Shown one piece after another: positions 24,100 to 33,150 of a stretch of 64,000 nucleotides of DNA. The translations under genes and the position numbers were made by a program. Origin of the DNA: an uncultured Actinomycetota bacterium (GTDB taxonomy: Bacteria > Actinomycetota > Actinomycetes > Propionibacteriales > Propionibacteriaceae); the NCBI GenBank assembly GCA_963756505.1, contig CAVWNG010000002.1, forward strand, positions 1,285,609 to 1,349,608, written 5' to 3'. Under the pieces are notes generated by a model. That model worked only from the letters and a program-made list of their open reading frames with translations, did not search any database and had not been told where the DNA came from. Position 1 is the stretch's first letter. Every line of letters begins with the position of its first letter.

Positions 24100-25909
24100 C
24101 CCCGACGGGGGTCCCCGTCGGGGCGAGCACCTCCGCCGGCGTACCCATCCGGGTGAGGACGCCGCCCTCGACCCACACCACCACGTCGGCGTCGCGGGCG
24201 GCGTCGAGGTCGTGGGTGATGACGAAGGTCGTCCGGCCCGCCGTCAGCCGGCCCAGGGCGGCGACCACCTCGGTCTCGGTCGCGGTGTCCAGCCCGGTCA
24301 GGGCCTCGTCGAGCACCACCACCGGAGCCTCGCGGATGGCGGCGCGGGCGATGGCGATCCGTTGGCGCTCGCCGCCGGAGAGGGTGGAGCCCCGTTCACC
24401 CACCACGGTGGCGTAGCCCGCCGGCAGCCGGGAGATGAAGTCGTGCGCTCCGGCCAGCCGGGCGGCCCGCTCCACCTCCTCGTCGCTGACCTCGTCCGGG
24501 ACGCCGAAGGCGATGTTGTCGGGGACGCCAAAGGCGATGTTGTCCCGGATCGAGGCCGCGAACAGCACGCTCTCCTGCAGGACCACGGAGACCTGGGCGC
24601 GGACCGAGGCCAGGGTGAGGTCGCGCAGGTCGTGGTCGTCGATCAGCACGCGTCCCTGGTCGGGGTCGCGCAGGCGGGACAGCAGCGCCACCAGCGTCGA
24701 CTTGCCGGCGCCGGACGGGCCGACCACCGCCACCCGGGTGCCGGCGGGTACGGCGAAGTCCAGGCCGCGCAGCACCGGCTCGCCCGGGGCGTAGGAGAGG
24801 TGGACGTCCTCGAAGCGGACGGCACCGCGGAACGGCGGCGCCGGGACCGCTCCGGGCTGGTCGACGACGGCGGGCTGCTCGTCGAGGACGTCGAGGATCC
24901 GCTCGCCCGAGGCGGCGGCCTTGGCGATCCGGGCGGTGTACTTGGCGATGTCGCGCATCGGCTTGAACGCCGTCTTGAGGTAGGTCAGGAAGACGGTCAG
25001 CTCCCCGGGTGTCAGCTCCCCCGCCAGCACGCGGGTCGCGCCGAAGTACAGCACCAGGCCCGTGGCCACGCCCACCAGCACATCGGTCTTGCGCTCCAGG
25101 CCGGCGGAGAGCTTGGTGGTCTTGACGCCGTCACGCAGGCTCTTGGCGTTGCTGCCGCCGAAGCGCTGCTCCATCCGTCCCTCCAGGGAGAGGCTGTGCA
25201 CCAGCTTCATGGCGCCGAGGGACTCCGTCGCCAGGGAGGCGAGCTGGCCCTCGGCGGCCCGCTGCGTCCGGGCCACCCCGTTGAGACGCTTGGTCAGGCG
25301 GAGCCCGGTCACGAAGAACAGCGGGAACATCGCCAGCACGATGAGGGCGAGCTGCCAGTCGAGCACGGCGATGACGACGAGCATCCCGAGGAGGGTGACG
25401 ACGTTCCCGGTCAGCGGCAGCAGCGCCGTCACCGTCGCGTCCTGCATCCGGCCCACGTCGCCGGTCACCCGGGTGACGAGGTCCCCGGTCCGCCGGCGGT
25501 CGTGGAAGTCCATCGAGAGCGCGTTGAGGTGGGCGTAGAGCTGCGTCCGGACCCGGGTGAGGACGCGGTTGCCGGCCAGGGCGAAGCAGACGGTCATGGC
25601 GTAGGACGCCCCCGCCCGCAGGGCCACCGCCGCGACGGTGGCAGCAGCGCAGACCACGAGCAGGGTCGGCAGGGAGCCCCCGGGGACGTCGACGCTGTCG
25701 ACGTCGGCCCCGGCGGCCGCCACGACGGCGTCGAGCACGTACGCGAGCGGCCACGGCTCGACCAGGCGCAGGGCGACCTCCAGCAGCAGCGCGAGGAGGC
25801 CCAGGACGAGGAGGCGGCGCTGCTCCCGGATCAGGGGCGCGAACCGGCGGAGCACCCGGGCGAGGGCCGGCCGGGCCTGCCGCAGCCCGACGACGCGACG
25901 GCTGCTCAC
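24089..25909 (-). CDS. ABC exporter, fused TMD-NBD (MsbA-like)
   Basis: N-terminal TM domain; Walker A GPSGAGKST, LSGGERQR signature, LDEA and ITHD. Confidence 0.93.
   Translation of the reverse strand: MSSRRVVGLRQARPALARVLRRFAPLIREQRRLLVLGLLALLLEVALRLVEPWPLAYVLDAVVAAAGADVDSVDVPGGSLPTLLVVCAAATVAAVALRAGASYAMTVCFALAGNRVLTRVRTQLYAHLNALSMDFHDRRRTGDLVTRVTGDVGRMQDATVTALLPLTGNVVTLLGMLVVIAVLDWQLALIVLAMFPLFFVTGLRLTKRLNGVARTQRAAEGQLASLATESLGAMKLVHSLSLEGRMEQRFGGSNAKSLRDGVKTTKLSAGLERKTDVLVGVATGLVLYFGATRVLAGELTPGELTVFLTYLKTAFKPMRDIAKYTARIAKAAASGERILDVLDEQPAVVDQPGAVPAPPFRGAVRFEDVHLSYAPGEPVLRGLDFAVPAGTRVAVVGPSGAGKSTLVALLSRLRDPDQGRVLIDDHDLRDLTLASVRAQVSVVLQESVLFAASIRDNIAFGVPDNIAFGVPDEVSDEEVERAARLAGAHDFISRLPAGYATVVGERGSTLSGGERQRIAIARAAIREAPVVVLDEALTGLDTATETEVVAALGRLTAGRTTFVITHDLDAARDADVVVWVEGGVLTRMGTPAEVLAPTGTPVGVLA
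24497..24544. repeat. In-frame 24-bp duplication (DNIAFGVP x2) in the ABC NBD
   Basis: Copies at 24497-24520 and 24521-24544 differ at 2 synonymous positions. Confidence 0.9.
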
Positions 25910-27057
25910 ACCCTCACCTGCGCCGGGACCAGGGCCAGCGTGGCGTCGACGACCGCCCGCCAGGTGTGCTCGGCCACCGCCGCCTGTCGGGTCTCGACGC
26001 GCATCCGGGCCCGCCAGTCGACGTCCGCGCGAGCCTGCTGGAGGCGTTCGGCCAGAGCCGTGGCGTCGCCCGGAGGGACGAGGTGGCCGAGCGCCCCGTG
26101 GCGCAGCGCCTCCGGCACCTGGCCGATGGCGCTGGCCACGACCGGCAGGCCGGCCGCGAGGTACTCGTACAGCTTCAGCGGGGAGAAGTAGGACTCCTCA
26201 CTCGGGGGGTAGGGCGCACAGGCCACGTCCATCCGGTGCAGCTGGTCGACGACCTGTCCGGGCGGGACGGCGCCGACCAGCTCGACGGCGTCGCGGACGC
26301 CGAGCTCGCCCGCCAGCTGCTCGATCTGACCGCGGACCGGGCCGTCGCCCACCAGCAGCAACCGCCAGCTCGGGTCGGCCCGGTACAGCTGCGAGAAGGC
26401 CGGGAGCAGGGTCTCGAGACCGTGCCAGGCCTTGAGCGTGCCCACGAACCCGACGGTGAAGGGGTCCGCGTCGGCCGGGCGGACCGGGGCGTCGACGGGG
26501 TGCACCCGCTCGGTGTCCACGCCGTTGGCCAGGACGTGGACCCCCGTGCTGCGCCCGGAGGTCCGCCGCACCCACGCCTGGACCGCGTCGCTCACGCAGA
26601 CCACGACGCCTGCCGCCCCGAGCGCCGACCGGGCCACGTCCTCCGCGGCCGGCCGGTCGACCAGGCCGCGGAACGCCGCCTGCTCCTGCACCAGGGGGGC
26701 GTTCACCTCGAGCACGCTGGGGACACCGCGGCGCTGCGCCCAGGTCGTCGCGGTCCGGCCCCACAACGAGTAGCGCTCGTAGACCAGGTCCGGCTCGATC
26801 GTGTCGAGCAGGGCCGCCACCTCGGCGTCGGTGCGTCGGGCGCGCTCCTCACGCTCCGCCGGCTGGCCGCCGCCCACCGCGGTCAGCGGGTGCACGGAGA
26901 CGCCGGCAGGGGCGGTGCCGCCGAGGCGCGGCGTCACCAGGTGCACGTCGTGACCGCGCTCCAGGAGCACCCCCACCACGGACTGGACGTGGATCGAGGC
27001 ACCCTTGCTGCCGAACACCGGGATACCCGGGTCGGCGCAGACGTAGGCGATCCTCAC
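25906..27057 (-). CDS. Glycosyltransferase family 4
   Basis: RIAYVCADPGIPVFGSKGASIHV, FVGTLKAWHG and FSPLKLYEYLAAGLPVV; GTGA-coupled. Confidence 0.9.
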   Translation of the reverse strand: MRIAYVCADPGIPVFGSKGASIHVQSVVGVLLERGHDVHLVTPRLGGTAPAGVSVHPLTAVGGGQPAEREERARRTDAEVAALLDTIEPDLVYERYSLWGRTATTWAQRRGVPSVLEVNAPLVQEQAAFRGLVDRPAAEDVARSALGAAGVVVCVSDAVQAWVRRTSGRSTGVHVLANGVDTERVHPVDAPVRPADADPFTVGFVGTLKAWHGLETLLPAFSQLYRADPSWRLLLVGDGPVRGQIEQLAGELGVRDAVELVGAVPPGQVVDQLHRMDVACAPYPPSEESYFSPLKLYEYLAAGLPVVASAIGQVPEALRHGALGHLVPPGDATALAERLQQARADVDWRARMRVETRQAAVAEHTWRAVVDATLALVPAQVRV

Positions 27058-28283
27058 GCGGCGCCCCTCTCGCCGGCGCCGGCCAGAGCCGGGAGGTGGA
27101 AGGCCTGGGCCACGGCCCGGGCCTGCCGCCGGGAGTCGAAGTCGGTCTCGACCCGGGTGCGGGCGGCCCGGGCCAGGGAGACCGCCAGCGAGGGCGAGTC
27201 CAGCACCCGGGCCAGCGCCTGCGCCAGGGCTTCGGGGGCGCGCTCGGGCACCAGGAGCCCGGTGACGCCGTCGTTGACGACCTCGGGGATCCCGGTCACC
27301 GGGGTGGCCACGCACGGCGTGCCCAGGGCCATCGCCTCGAGGACGACGGTCGGCAGGCCGTCGCGGTTGCCGTCCTCGGCCACGACGCAGGGGGCGGCGA
27401 AGACCGCGGCGCCCGACACGATGCGGCGCACCTCGCTCTGGGGCAGCGCCCCGTGCATCGTCACCACGTCCTGCAGGCCGAGAGCCTCGACCTGCGCGAC
27501 CAGCTGCTCCTGCAGCAGGCCGGTGCCCACCAGGTCCAGCCGCACCTCACGCCCTTGCCGGCGCAGCAGGGCGACCGCGTCCAGCAGGTCCCCGAACCCC
27601 TTCTTCTCCACCAGCCGCCCGACCGCGGCGATCACCGGCGGACGAGGGACCGGCTCGGAGTAGCCGAACTCGTCCAGGTCGAGGCCGTTGTAGACCAGCC
27701 GCACCCGGGCCGCAGCCGGGCCGAAGGTGTCCTGCAGGTGCTGGAGGTTGTAGCGGCTCACGGTCACCACCGAGTCGGCGTCGGCCAGCTTCCGCCGCAG
27801 CTCCCCGGCGTCCACGTCGCTGTGGAAGATGTCCTTGGCGTGCGCCGTGAGGCTGTAGGTGATGCCGGCCAGCCGGGCGGCCAGCCGGGCCACGGTCGTG
27901 GCGACCGAGGCGAAGTGCGCGTGCAGGTGGGTGATGCCGCGCTGCCGGATCAGCAGGGCCAGCTGGACCGCCTGGGCGGCGTCCCGCACGTCCACCGCCA
28001 GCAGCTCGTCGATGTGGTTGGAGAGACCGTGCAGCTCTGCTCCGGCGGCGCGCAGCTGCGTCCACAGGTCGGCGGCACGCAGGCCTTCCGACTTCAGGTA
28101 GGTCACCGGGGCGCTGACGTCGGCCAGGCTGGCGTGGAAGCGGGGGTCGACCGGGGGCCGCAGCGAGAAGACCTCGCAGCCGACGCCGATCCCCTGCATG
28201 GCCAGCAGCTCGGTGACGATGAACGTCTCGGAGAAGCGCGGGTACATCTTGACGACGTAGCCGACGCGGGCCTCAGACGGCAT
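27054..28283 (-). CDS. Glycosyltransferase family 4
   Basis: YPRFSETFI, HLHAHF, GRLVEKKG and DGLPTVVLEAMALG motifs. Confidence 0.92.
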   Translation of the reverse strand: MPSEARVGYVVKMYPRFSETFIVTELLAMQGIGVGCEVFSLRPPVDPRFHASLADVSAPVTYLKSEGLRAADLWTQLRAAGAELHGLSNHIDELLAVDVRDAAQAVQLALLIRQRGITHLHAHFASVATTVARLAARLAGITYSLTAHAKDIFHSDVDAGELRRKLADADSVVTVSRYNLQHLQDTFGPAAARVRLVYNGLDLDEFGYSEPVPRPPVIAAVGRLVEKKGFGDLLDAVALLRRQGREVRLDLVGTGLLQEQLVAQVEALGLQDVVTMHGALPQSEVRRIVSGAAVFAAPCVVAEDGNRDGLPTVVLEAMALGTPCVATPVTGIPEVVNDGVTGLLVPERAPEALAQALARVLDSPSLAVSLARAARTRVETDFDSRRQARAVAQAFHLPALAGAGERGAA

Positions 28284-29483
28284 GAGCGAGCTCCTCGCAC
28301 AGGTCGGCGGCCAGGGCGGGGACCCGGCTGAGGCCCTCGAGGTCGACAGGGTGCTGCGGTCCGGCCGCGCGGACGACGGCGGCGGCCAACCACGCGCCCA
28401 GCGTGGCCGCATCCGCCTCGGCGGGCAGGGCGAGGTCGACCAGACCCCGCTCGGCCAGGCGCTCGGCGCGGACCAGCTGCTCGGCCCGGGGGGCGGTGCG
28501 CGGCACCAGCAGCGTCGCCACGTCGGCGGCCAGGACCTCGCAGACCGAGTTGTAGCCGGCCATCGAGACGATCGCGGACGCCTGCTCGATGAACTGCTCG
28601 GCGTTGGTGACGAAGTCCAGGATCTGGACCGCAGGGTTGGACCGGCTGAGCAGCTCCAGACGGGCGCGCTGTCCCTCCTGCATGAACGGGCCCGTCAGCA
28701 CCACGCCCGCGTGGCCGGCCGGCATGGGCGCCGAGACAAAGGCCTGGGCGAGCTCGTAGCCGTCCTGCCCTCCACCGACGAGGCAGAGCGCGAACGGCTC
28801 CGCCGGCACGACGGTCCCGGCCCGCCGGCTCGTCGTGCCGTCCCCGCGGCCGCGACCCAGGTAGCCGGTGTAGGTGATCTTGGCCGCCACCTCGGGCGGC
28901 AGGCCGTACTCCTCGACGACGTCGTAGACCGACTGGTCCCCGTAGACCCACACCGCGTCGTAGTACTCGGCCACCGCGCGGGAGCAGTCCATCGCGTCCC
29001 ACTCCGCCCGGGCGACCGTCGGCTCGTCGAGGATCTCGCGCAGTCCCAGCACCACCGAGGTCCGCCGGTCCGCCCGCAGTCCCTCCAGGGCGGGCAACAG
29101 CTCCTGGGGAACCCGAGCGGGACCTTGTCCACCACGAGGACGTCCGGCCCGAACGCCATCAGCGCGGCCCGCAGGATGTCGCGTCGCAGCGTCACGGTGA
29201 AGGGCAGGGGGCTCAGCAGCGTGCGGCTGCGGTACTCCCCCGACAGCTCCTTGGCCACGGTCGGCAGGGTCACGACCTCGGTCCGGGCTGGCCGCGGTAG
29301 CGCCGTAGCCTCCGGGTTGCCGGTGAGCAGCAGCACCTCGACGCGGGGGTCGTCGGCGACCATGGCCGCAGCGAGGGCGATGTTGCGCCGGACGTGGCCG
29401 AGCCCCTGCGTGTCGTGGGAGTACAGGGCGATGCGGCGGACGCCACGAGGAGGGGCAGGGGCAGGGACGAGCCCGGGTGTCAT
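28273..29483 (-). CDS. Predicted GT-B glycosyltransferase (COG4671-like), frameshift at ~29106-29109
   Basis: RIALYSHDTQGLGHVRRN N-terminus (ORF 28695-29483); GLREILD, VGGGQDG, SMAGYNS and EQ motifs in ORF 28273-29097. Confidence 0.82.
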
Positions 29484-29738
29484 ATCAGCTCCAGAACGGT
29501 CGTCAACTCCGACGACTGGCGAGGCGCCGGCGGTGCTCGGCGAGGGTCATCGGCACCCGGCCTCTGGGTGCCGACGACCTCCGCTACCGTGACGCGGTGA
29601 CGCGACCAGGGGAGCCGCGTGCCCCTATTCTGTGTCGTGCACGACCGAATATGACCCCTCAACGGTGGCCCTCGGGTCCCCCAGGATGGGGGGGCCGGAT
29701 CTCAACTGGGCGGGTCCACCGGACGTCGACCCTGGAGG

Positions 29739-29811
29739 CGCCCCCGGTAGGAATCGAACCTACGACCGACAGATTAGAAGGCTGCTGCTCTATCCTCTGA
29801 GCTACGGGGGC
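29739..29811 (-). tRNA. tRNA-Arg (anticodon TCT)
   Basis: GCCCCCGTAGCTCAG...CT TCT AA...GGTTCGATTCC...CGGGGGCG, 73 nt, CCA not encoded. Confidence 0.95.
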
Positions 29812-29922
29812 CGGGCGGGCCGCCAGGCTCCGCATCCGTCGAGCGATCCTAACCTCTGGAGGGCCCGCCGAGCGGGGACGCGCGTCGCTCTCCCCGCCTC
29901 GGCCCGACGTAGGTTTCCGGCC

Positions 29923-31203
29923 ATGAGCGGGCGCGACGAACCACCCCCGAGGCCGAGCACCGGGCACGGGCCTCCCGAGGAGGTGCGCTGGCGCTCCCTC
30001 GCCCTCCCGGCCTACGGGCCGACGGTCCTGGTCTCGATCGGCCAGGGCGCCATCCTGCCGCTGGTCGCGCTGTCGGCCCGCGACCTGGGCGCCAGCGTGA
30101 CGGTGGCGGCACTCGTCGTCGCCCTGGCCGGCCTGGGCCACCTGCTCGGGGACCTGCCCGCGGGTGCGCTGGCGGCCCGGGTCGGTGAGCAGCGGGCGCT
30201 GGTGGGCGCCTGCGCCCTGGACGCCCTCGCCCTGGTCGGGGCCTTCCTGGCGGACTCGCTGGTCCTGCTGGCGGTCGCGGTGCTGCTCACCGGTCTGGCC
30301 GGCGCGGTGTTCAGCCTGGCCCGGCAGGCGTACCTGACCGAGGTCGTCCCCGTGCGGATGCGGGCGCGGGCGCTGTCGACGCTGGGCGGAACCTTCCGGA
30401 TCGGGCTGTTCATCGGTCCGTTCGTCGGCGCCGCGCTCGTGTCCACCTTCGACATCCGGGCCGGCTACGCCTTCGCCGCCCTGATGAGCCTGTCGGCGGC
30501 GGTGCTGACGGCCTTCCTGCCTGACGTCACGCGGCAGACCCGCTCCGACCGCGCCGCCTCCGGCCTGCGCCACCGCTCCGTCTGGTCGGTGCTGGCTGAG
30601 TACAGGCGGGTGCTGCTGACGCTGGGGGTCGGCGCCCTGGTCATCTCCGCCGCGCGCTCCACCCGGCAGTCGCTCATCCCCCTGTGGGCGGACGCCCAGG
30701 GGATCGACGCCACGACCACGAGCTTGATCTACGGCGTCTCCGCCGGGGTCGACATGCTGCTGTTCTACCCGGGCGGAGCCATCATGGACCGCTTCGGCCG
30801 GGTGTTCGTCGCGGTGCCGTCGATGCTCGTGCTGGGTCTCGGCTTCCTGCTCCTGCCGCTGACCAGCACCGTCGCAGGGATCGGGGCGGTCGCGTGCCTG
30901 ATGGGGCTGGGCAACGGCATCTCGGCGGGGATCGTGATGACCCTGGGCGCCGACGCCTCCCCGCCTGGTCACCGCAGCCAGTTCCTGGGCGGCTGGCGGC
31001 TCTGCGCCGATCTCGGCGCCGCGTCAGGACCGCTGCTGATCAGCGCCGTGAGCCTGTTCGCACCGCTGGCCGTGGCCACCCTGGTCATGGGGACGCTCAC
31101 CGTCCTCGGCTCCGGCTGGCTGGCGCGCTGGGTCCCGGTCTACGCCGCGGGTCCCGGCCGACGCCCCCGCCGGCCGACCGGGCTGCGGCGTCCAGGACCG
31201 TAG
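29923..31203 (+). CDS. MFS transporter
   Basis: About 12 hydrophobic segments, GALAARVG and IMDRFGR motifs; -10 TAGGTT 7 nt upstream. Confidence 0.88.
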   Translation: MSGRDEPPPRPSTGHGPPEEVRWRSLALPAYGPTVLVSIGQGAILPLVALSARDLGASVTVAALVVALAGLGHLLGDLPAGALAARVGEQRALVGACALDALALVGAFLADSLVLLAVAVLLTGLAGAVFSLARQAYLTEVVPVRMRARALSTLGGTFRIGLFIGPFVGAALVSTFDIRAGYAFAALMSLSAAVLTAFLPDVTRQTRSDRAASGLRHRSVWSVLAEYRRVLLTLGVGALVISAARSTRQSLIPLWADAQGIDATTTSLIYGVSAGVDMLLFYPGGAIMDRFGRVFVAVPSMLVLGLGFLLLPLTSTVAGIGAVACLMGLGNGISAGIVMTLGADASPPGHRSQFLGGWRLCADLGAASGPLLISAVSLFAPLAVATLVMGTLTVLGSGWLARWVPVYAAGPGRRPRRPTGLRRPGP

Positions 31204-31212
31204 GGTGTGGGG

Positions 31213-31839
31213 ATGCGGGAGCTGATGGTGTGGGCCGACTGCGAGATGACCGGTCTCGACCTCGCCGATGACGCGCTCATCGAGGTGGCCGCCCTGGTCA
31301 CCGACGGTGAGCTGAACGTCCTCGGCGAGGGCGTGGACGTCATCATCAAGCCGAGCGACGAGGCGCTGGAGCGGATGGGCGACTTCGTCCGCACCATGCA
31401 CGCCTCCTCGGGTTTGCTCGACCAGCTCGCCGGTGGCCTCACCATGGCCGAGGCCGAGGAGAAGGTGCTCGCCTACGTCCGCGAGTTCGTCCCCGACCCC
31501 CGCAAGGCCCCGCTCGCCGGCAACACCATCGGCACCGACCGGGCCTTTCTGGCCCGGGACATGCCGACCTTCGAGGCGCACGTGCACTACCGCAACGTCG
31601 ACGTCTCCAGCATCAAGGAGCTCGCGCGGCGGTGGTTCCCGCGGGCCTACTACTCCTCGCCCGCCAAGTCCGGCAACCACCGCGCCCTGGCCGACGTCCA
31701 GGAGTCCATCGAGGAGCTGCGCTACTACCGCGACGCGGTCTTCGTGCCGCGGCCCGGCCCGGACAGCGCCACCGCCAAGGAGATCGCCAGCCGGCACGGG
31801 GGCGCTCTGACCGGGGCGGGAACTGCCCCGGCGGAGTAG
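31213..31839 (+). CDS. orn: Oligoribonuclease
   Basis: WADCEMTGLD, LAGNTIGTDR, HYRNVDVSSIKEL and HRALAD motifs; next to tRNA-His. Confidence 0.96.
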   Translation: MRELMVWADCEMTGLDLADDALIEVAALVTDGELNVLGEGVDVIIKPSDEALERMGDFVRTMHASSGLLDQLAGGLTMAEAEEKVLAYVREFVPDPRKAPLAGNTIGTDRAFLARDMPTFEAHVHYRNVDVSSIKELARRWFPRAYYSSPAKSGNHRALADVQESIEELRYYRDAVFVPRPGPDSATAKEIASRHGGALTGAGTAPAE

Positions 31840-31903
31840 ATTCGGCTTCGGACGCCAGGCCCGTTACACTTCTCGACGGCCCTGCGCCTGGCACAGGGCT
31901 GAT

Positions 31904-31980
31904 GGTGGGTGTAGCTCAGTTGGTAGAGCACCTGGTTGTGGTCCAGGTGGCCGCGGGTTCAAGTCCCGTCACTCACCCCA
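31904..31980 (+). tRNA. tRNA-His (anticodon GTG)
   Basis: G-1 plus GTGGGTG acceptor, TT GTG GT loop, GGTTCAAGTCC, C73 and encoded CCA; -10 TACACT at 31865. Confidence 0.96.
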
Positions 31981-31989
31981 GGCAACGAT

Positions 31990-32024
31990 CAGGCTCTGCC
32001 CCCGACGACCAGGGGCAGGGCCTG
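31990..32024 (+). terminator. Hairpin downstream of tRNA-His
   Basis: CAGGCTCTGCCCC / GGGGCAGGGCCTG stem followed by CTCCTGTCT. Confidence 0.6.
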
Positions 32025-32100
32025 CTCCTGTCTCCCGGGTGTGACAGGTCCGAAACGCCTCATGTCCATCCGTGAAAAGGCTGCCCCGGACACCACCGGA

Positions 32101-32205
32101 GACACGAAGAAGTCCGCGACCACCTGCTCGGGGGTTCGGGTGGTCGCGGACTTCGGTCGGTGTGGTGTCGGGAACCAAGCTCGGGGGTTCTTGGCCCCCG
32201 ACACC
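32101..32205 (-). ncRNA. Candidate 6C-like small RNA (two hairpins with AACCCCCGAG loops)
   Basis: 16-bp stems at 32164-32205 and 32109-32154; identical loop core; G-U pairs form only on the minus strand; -10 TACAGT at 32211-32216. Confidence 0.7.
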
Positions 32206-32314
32206 TCTGTACTGTAAATCGGTCTGCGATCCCTCGACAGCCGAAGGGCTGTCCTGTTCAGGACAAGTCCGCAAGAGGACATGGCCAGGCCTCACGGGCG
32301 CCTGCTCGGCCGGC

Positions 32315-32611
32315 TCAGCGCCGGCGCCCGACCGCCAGGATCGCGACCAGCGCGGCGATGAACATGACGCCGAGGACGGTCCCCTCGACCCCATGACCGG
32401 TGGCCACCAGGTAGACGCAGGAGAACAGGAAGGCGAGGGTGACCACGACCCCGTAGTTCAGACCGCGGGCGTTCAGCTGGGCGTCGCGCTGGTCGAGCTC
32501 GTCGATGCGGTCGAGCTCCTTCTCGATCACCGCTCGGGTCTGCGGGTCGGCTTCCGCGTAGACCTGCAGGGGGTCCTTGTAGCGGTCAGGGGCGGTCGGG
32601 CGTTCACTCAT
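32315..32611 (-). CDS. Small membrane protein (charged helix plus 2 TM; possibly DUF2335-like)
   Basis: MSERPTAPDRY...; C-terminal TM hairpin; overlaps upstream ORF by 8 nt. Confidence 0.7.
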   Translation of the reverse strand: MSERPTAPDRYKDPLQVYAEADPQTRAVIEKELDRIDELDQRDAQLNARGLNYGVVVTLAFLFSCVYLVATGHGVEGTVLGVMFIAALVAILAVGRRR

Positions 32612-33014
32612 GCTGGCTCTCTCGGGTGCGGGTCGGGGCCTCGGTCTGAGCCGGCGGGGCCGGTGGGGGTGCGGCGGCGACGTCGGCCAGGCCAGCCTGC
32701 AGCAGGGCCTCGCCGATCCGGCGGGGCGCCTCGTGGGGGTCCACGGCGTCAACCCGGGTGCAGGCCCGGGCGAACCGCTCCTGCACGCCCGGACGGCGGC
32801 TGGAGGTGTGCGGCGAGACGTGCAGGAAGCTGAAGCCGCGAGCCATCGAGCTCGCCGGGCCGCCGGGAGCCGAGGCGCCGGGACCTGAGGCGCCGGCTCG
32901 GGGACCGCCCAGGGACTCGCTGCTCCGGCGGCCGAGCGGGACCAGGAAGACCAGCAGAGCGACCAGCGTCGCCACCGCCGCCGCTCCCACGAACACCCAC
33001 GCCACCCCAGGCAC
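32604..33014 (-). CDS. Hypothetical protein with N-terminal TM anchor
   Basis: AGGAAGGGAG SD before GTG 33014; VAWVFVGAAAVATLVALLVFLVPL hydrophobic helix. Confidence 0.6.
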   Translation of the reverse strand: MPGVAWVFVGAAAVATLVALLVFLVPLGRRSSESLGGPRAGASGPGASAPGGPASSMARGFSFLHVSPHTSSRRPGVQERFARACTRVDAVDPHEAPRRIGEALLQAGLADVAAAPPPAPPAQTEAPTRTRESQHE

Positions 33015-33150
33015 CGGCTCTCCCTTCCTGCTCGTGCTCACCCTAGCCAGCGCGCGGACCCCGGAACCGCAAGAGGACGTGAGGCAGGCGACAGCGCCGT
33101 GTCGCCGTGCCGCGTCCCGCAGCCGGGACGGACCCGGCGATGATGGGGCC

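Noticed and set aside
31969-32394. ORFs 31969-32394, 31989-32282 and 31936-32217 across the post-tRNA-His region
   Set aside because: Atypical codon use and no motifs; better explained by RNA hairpins
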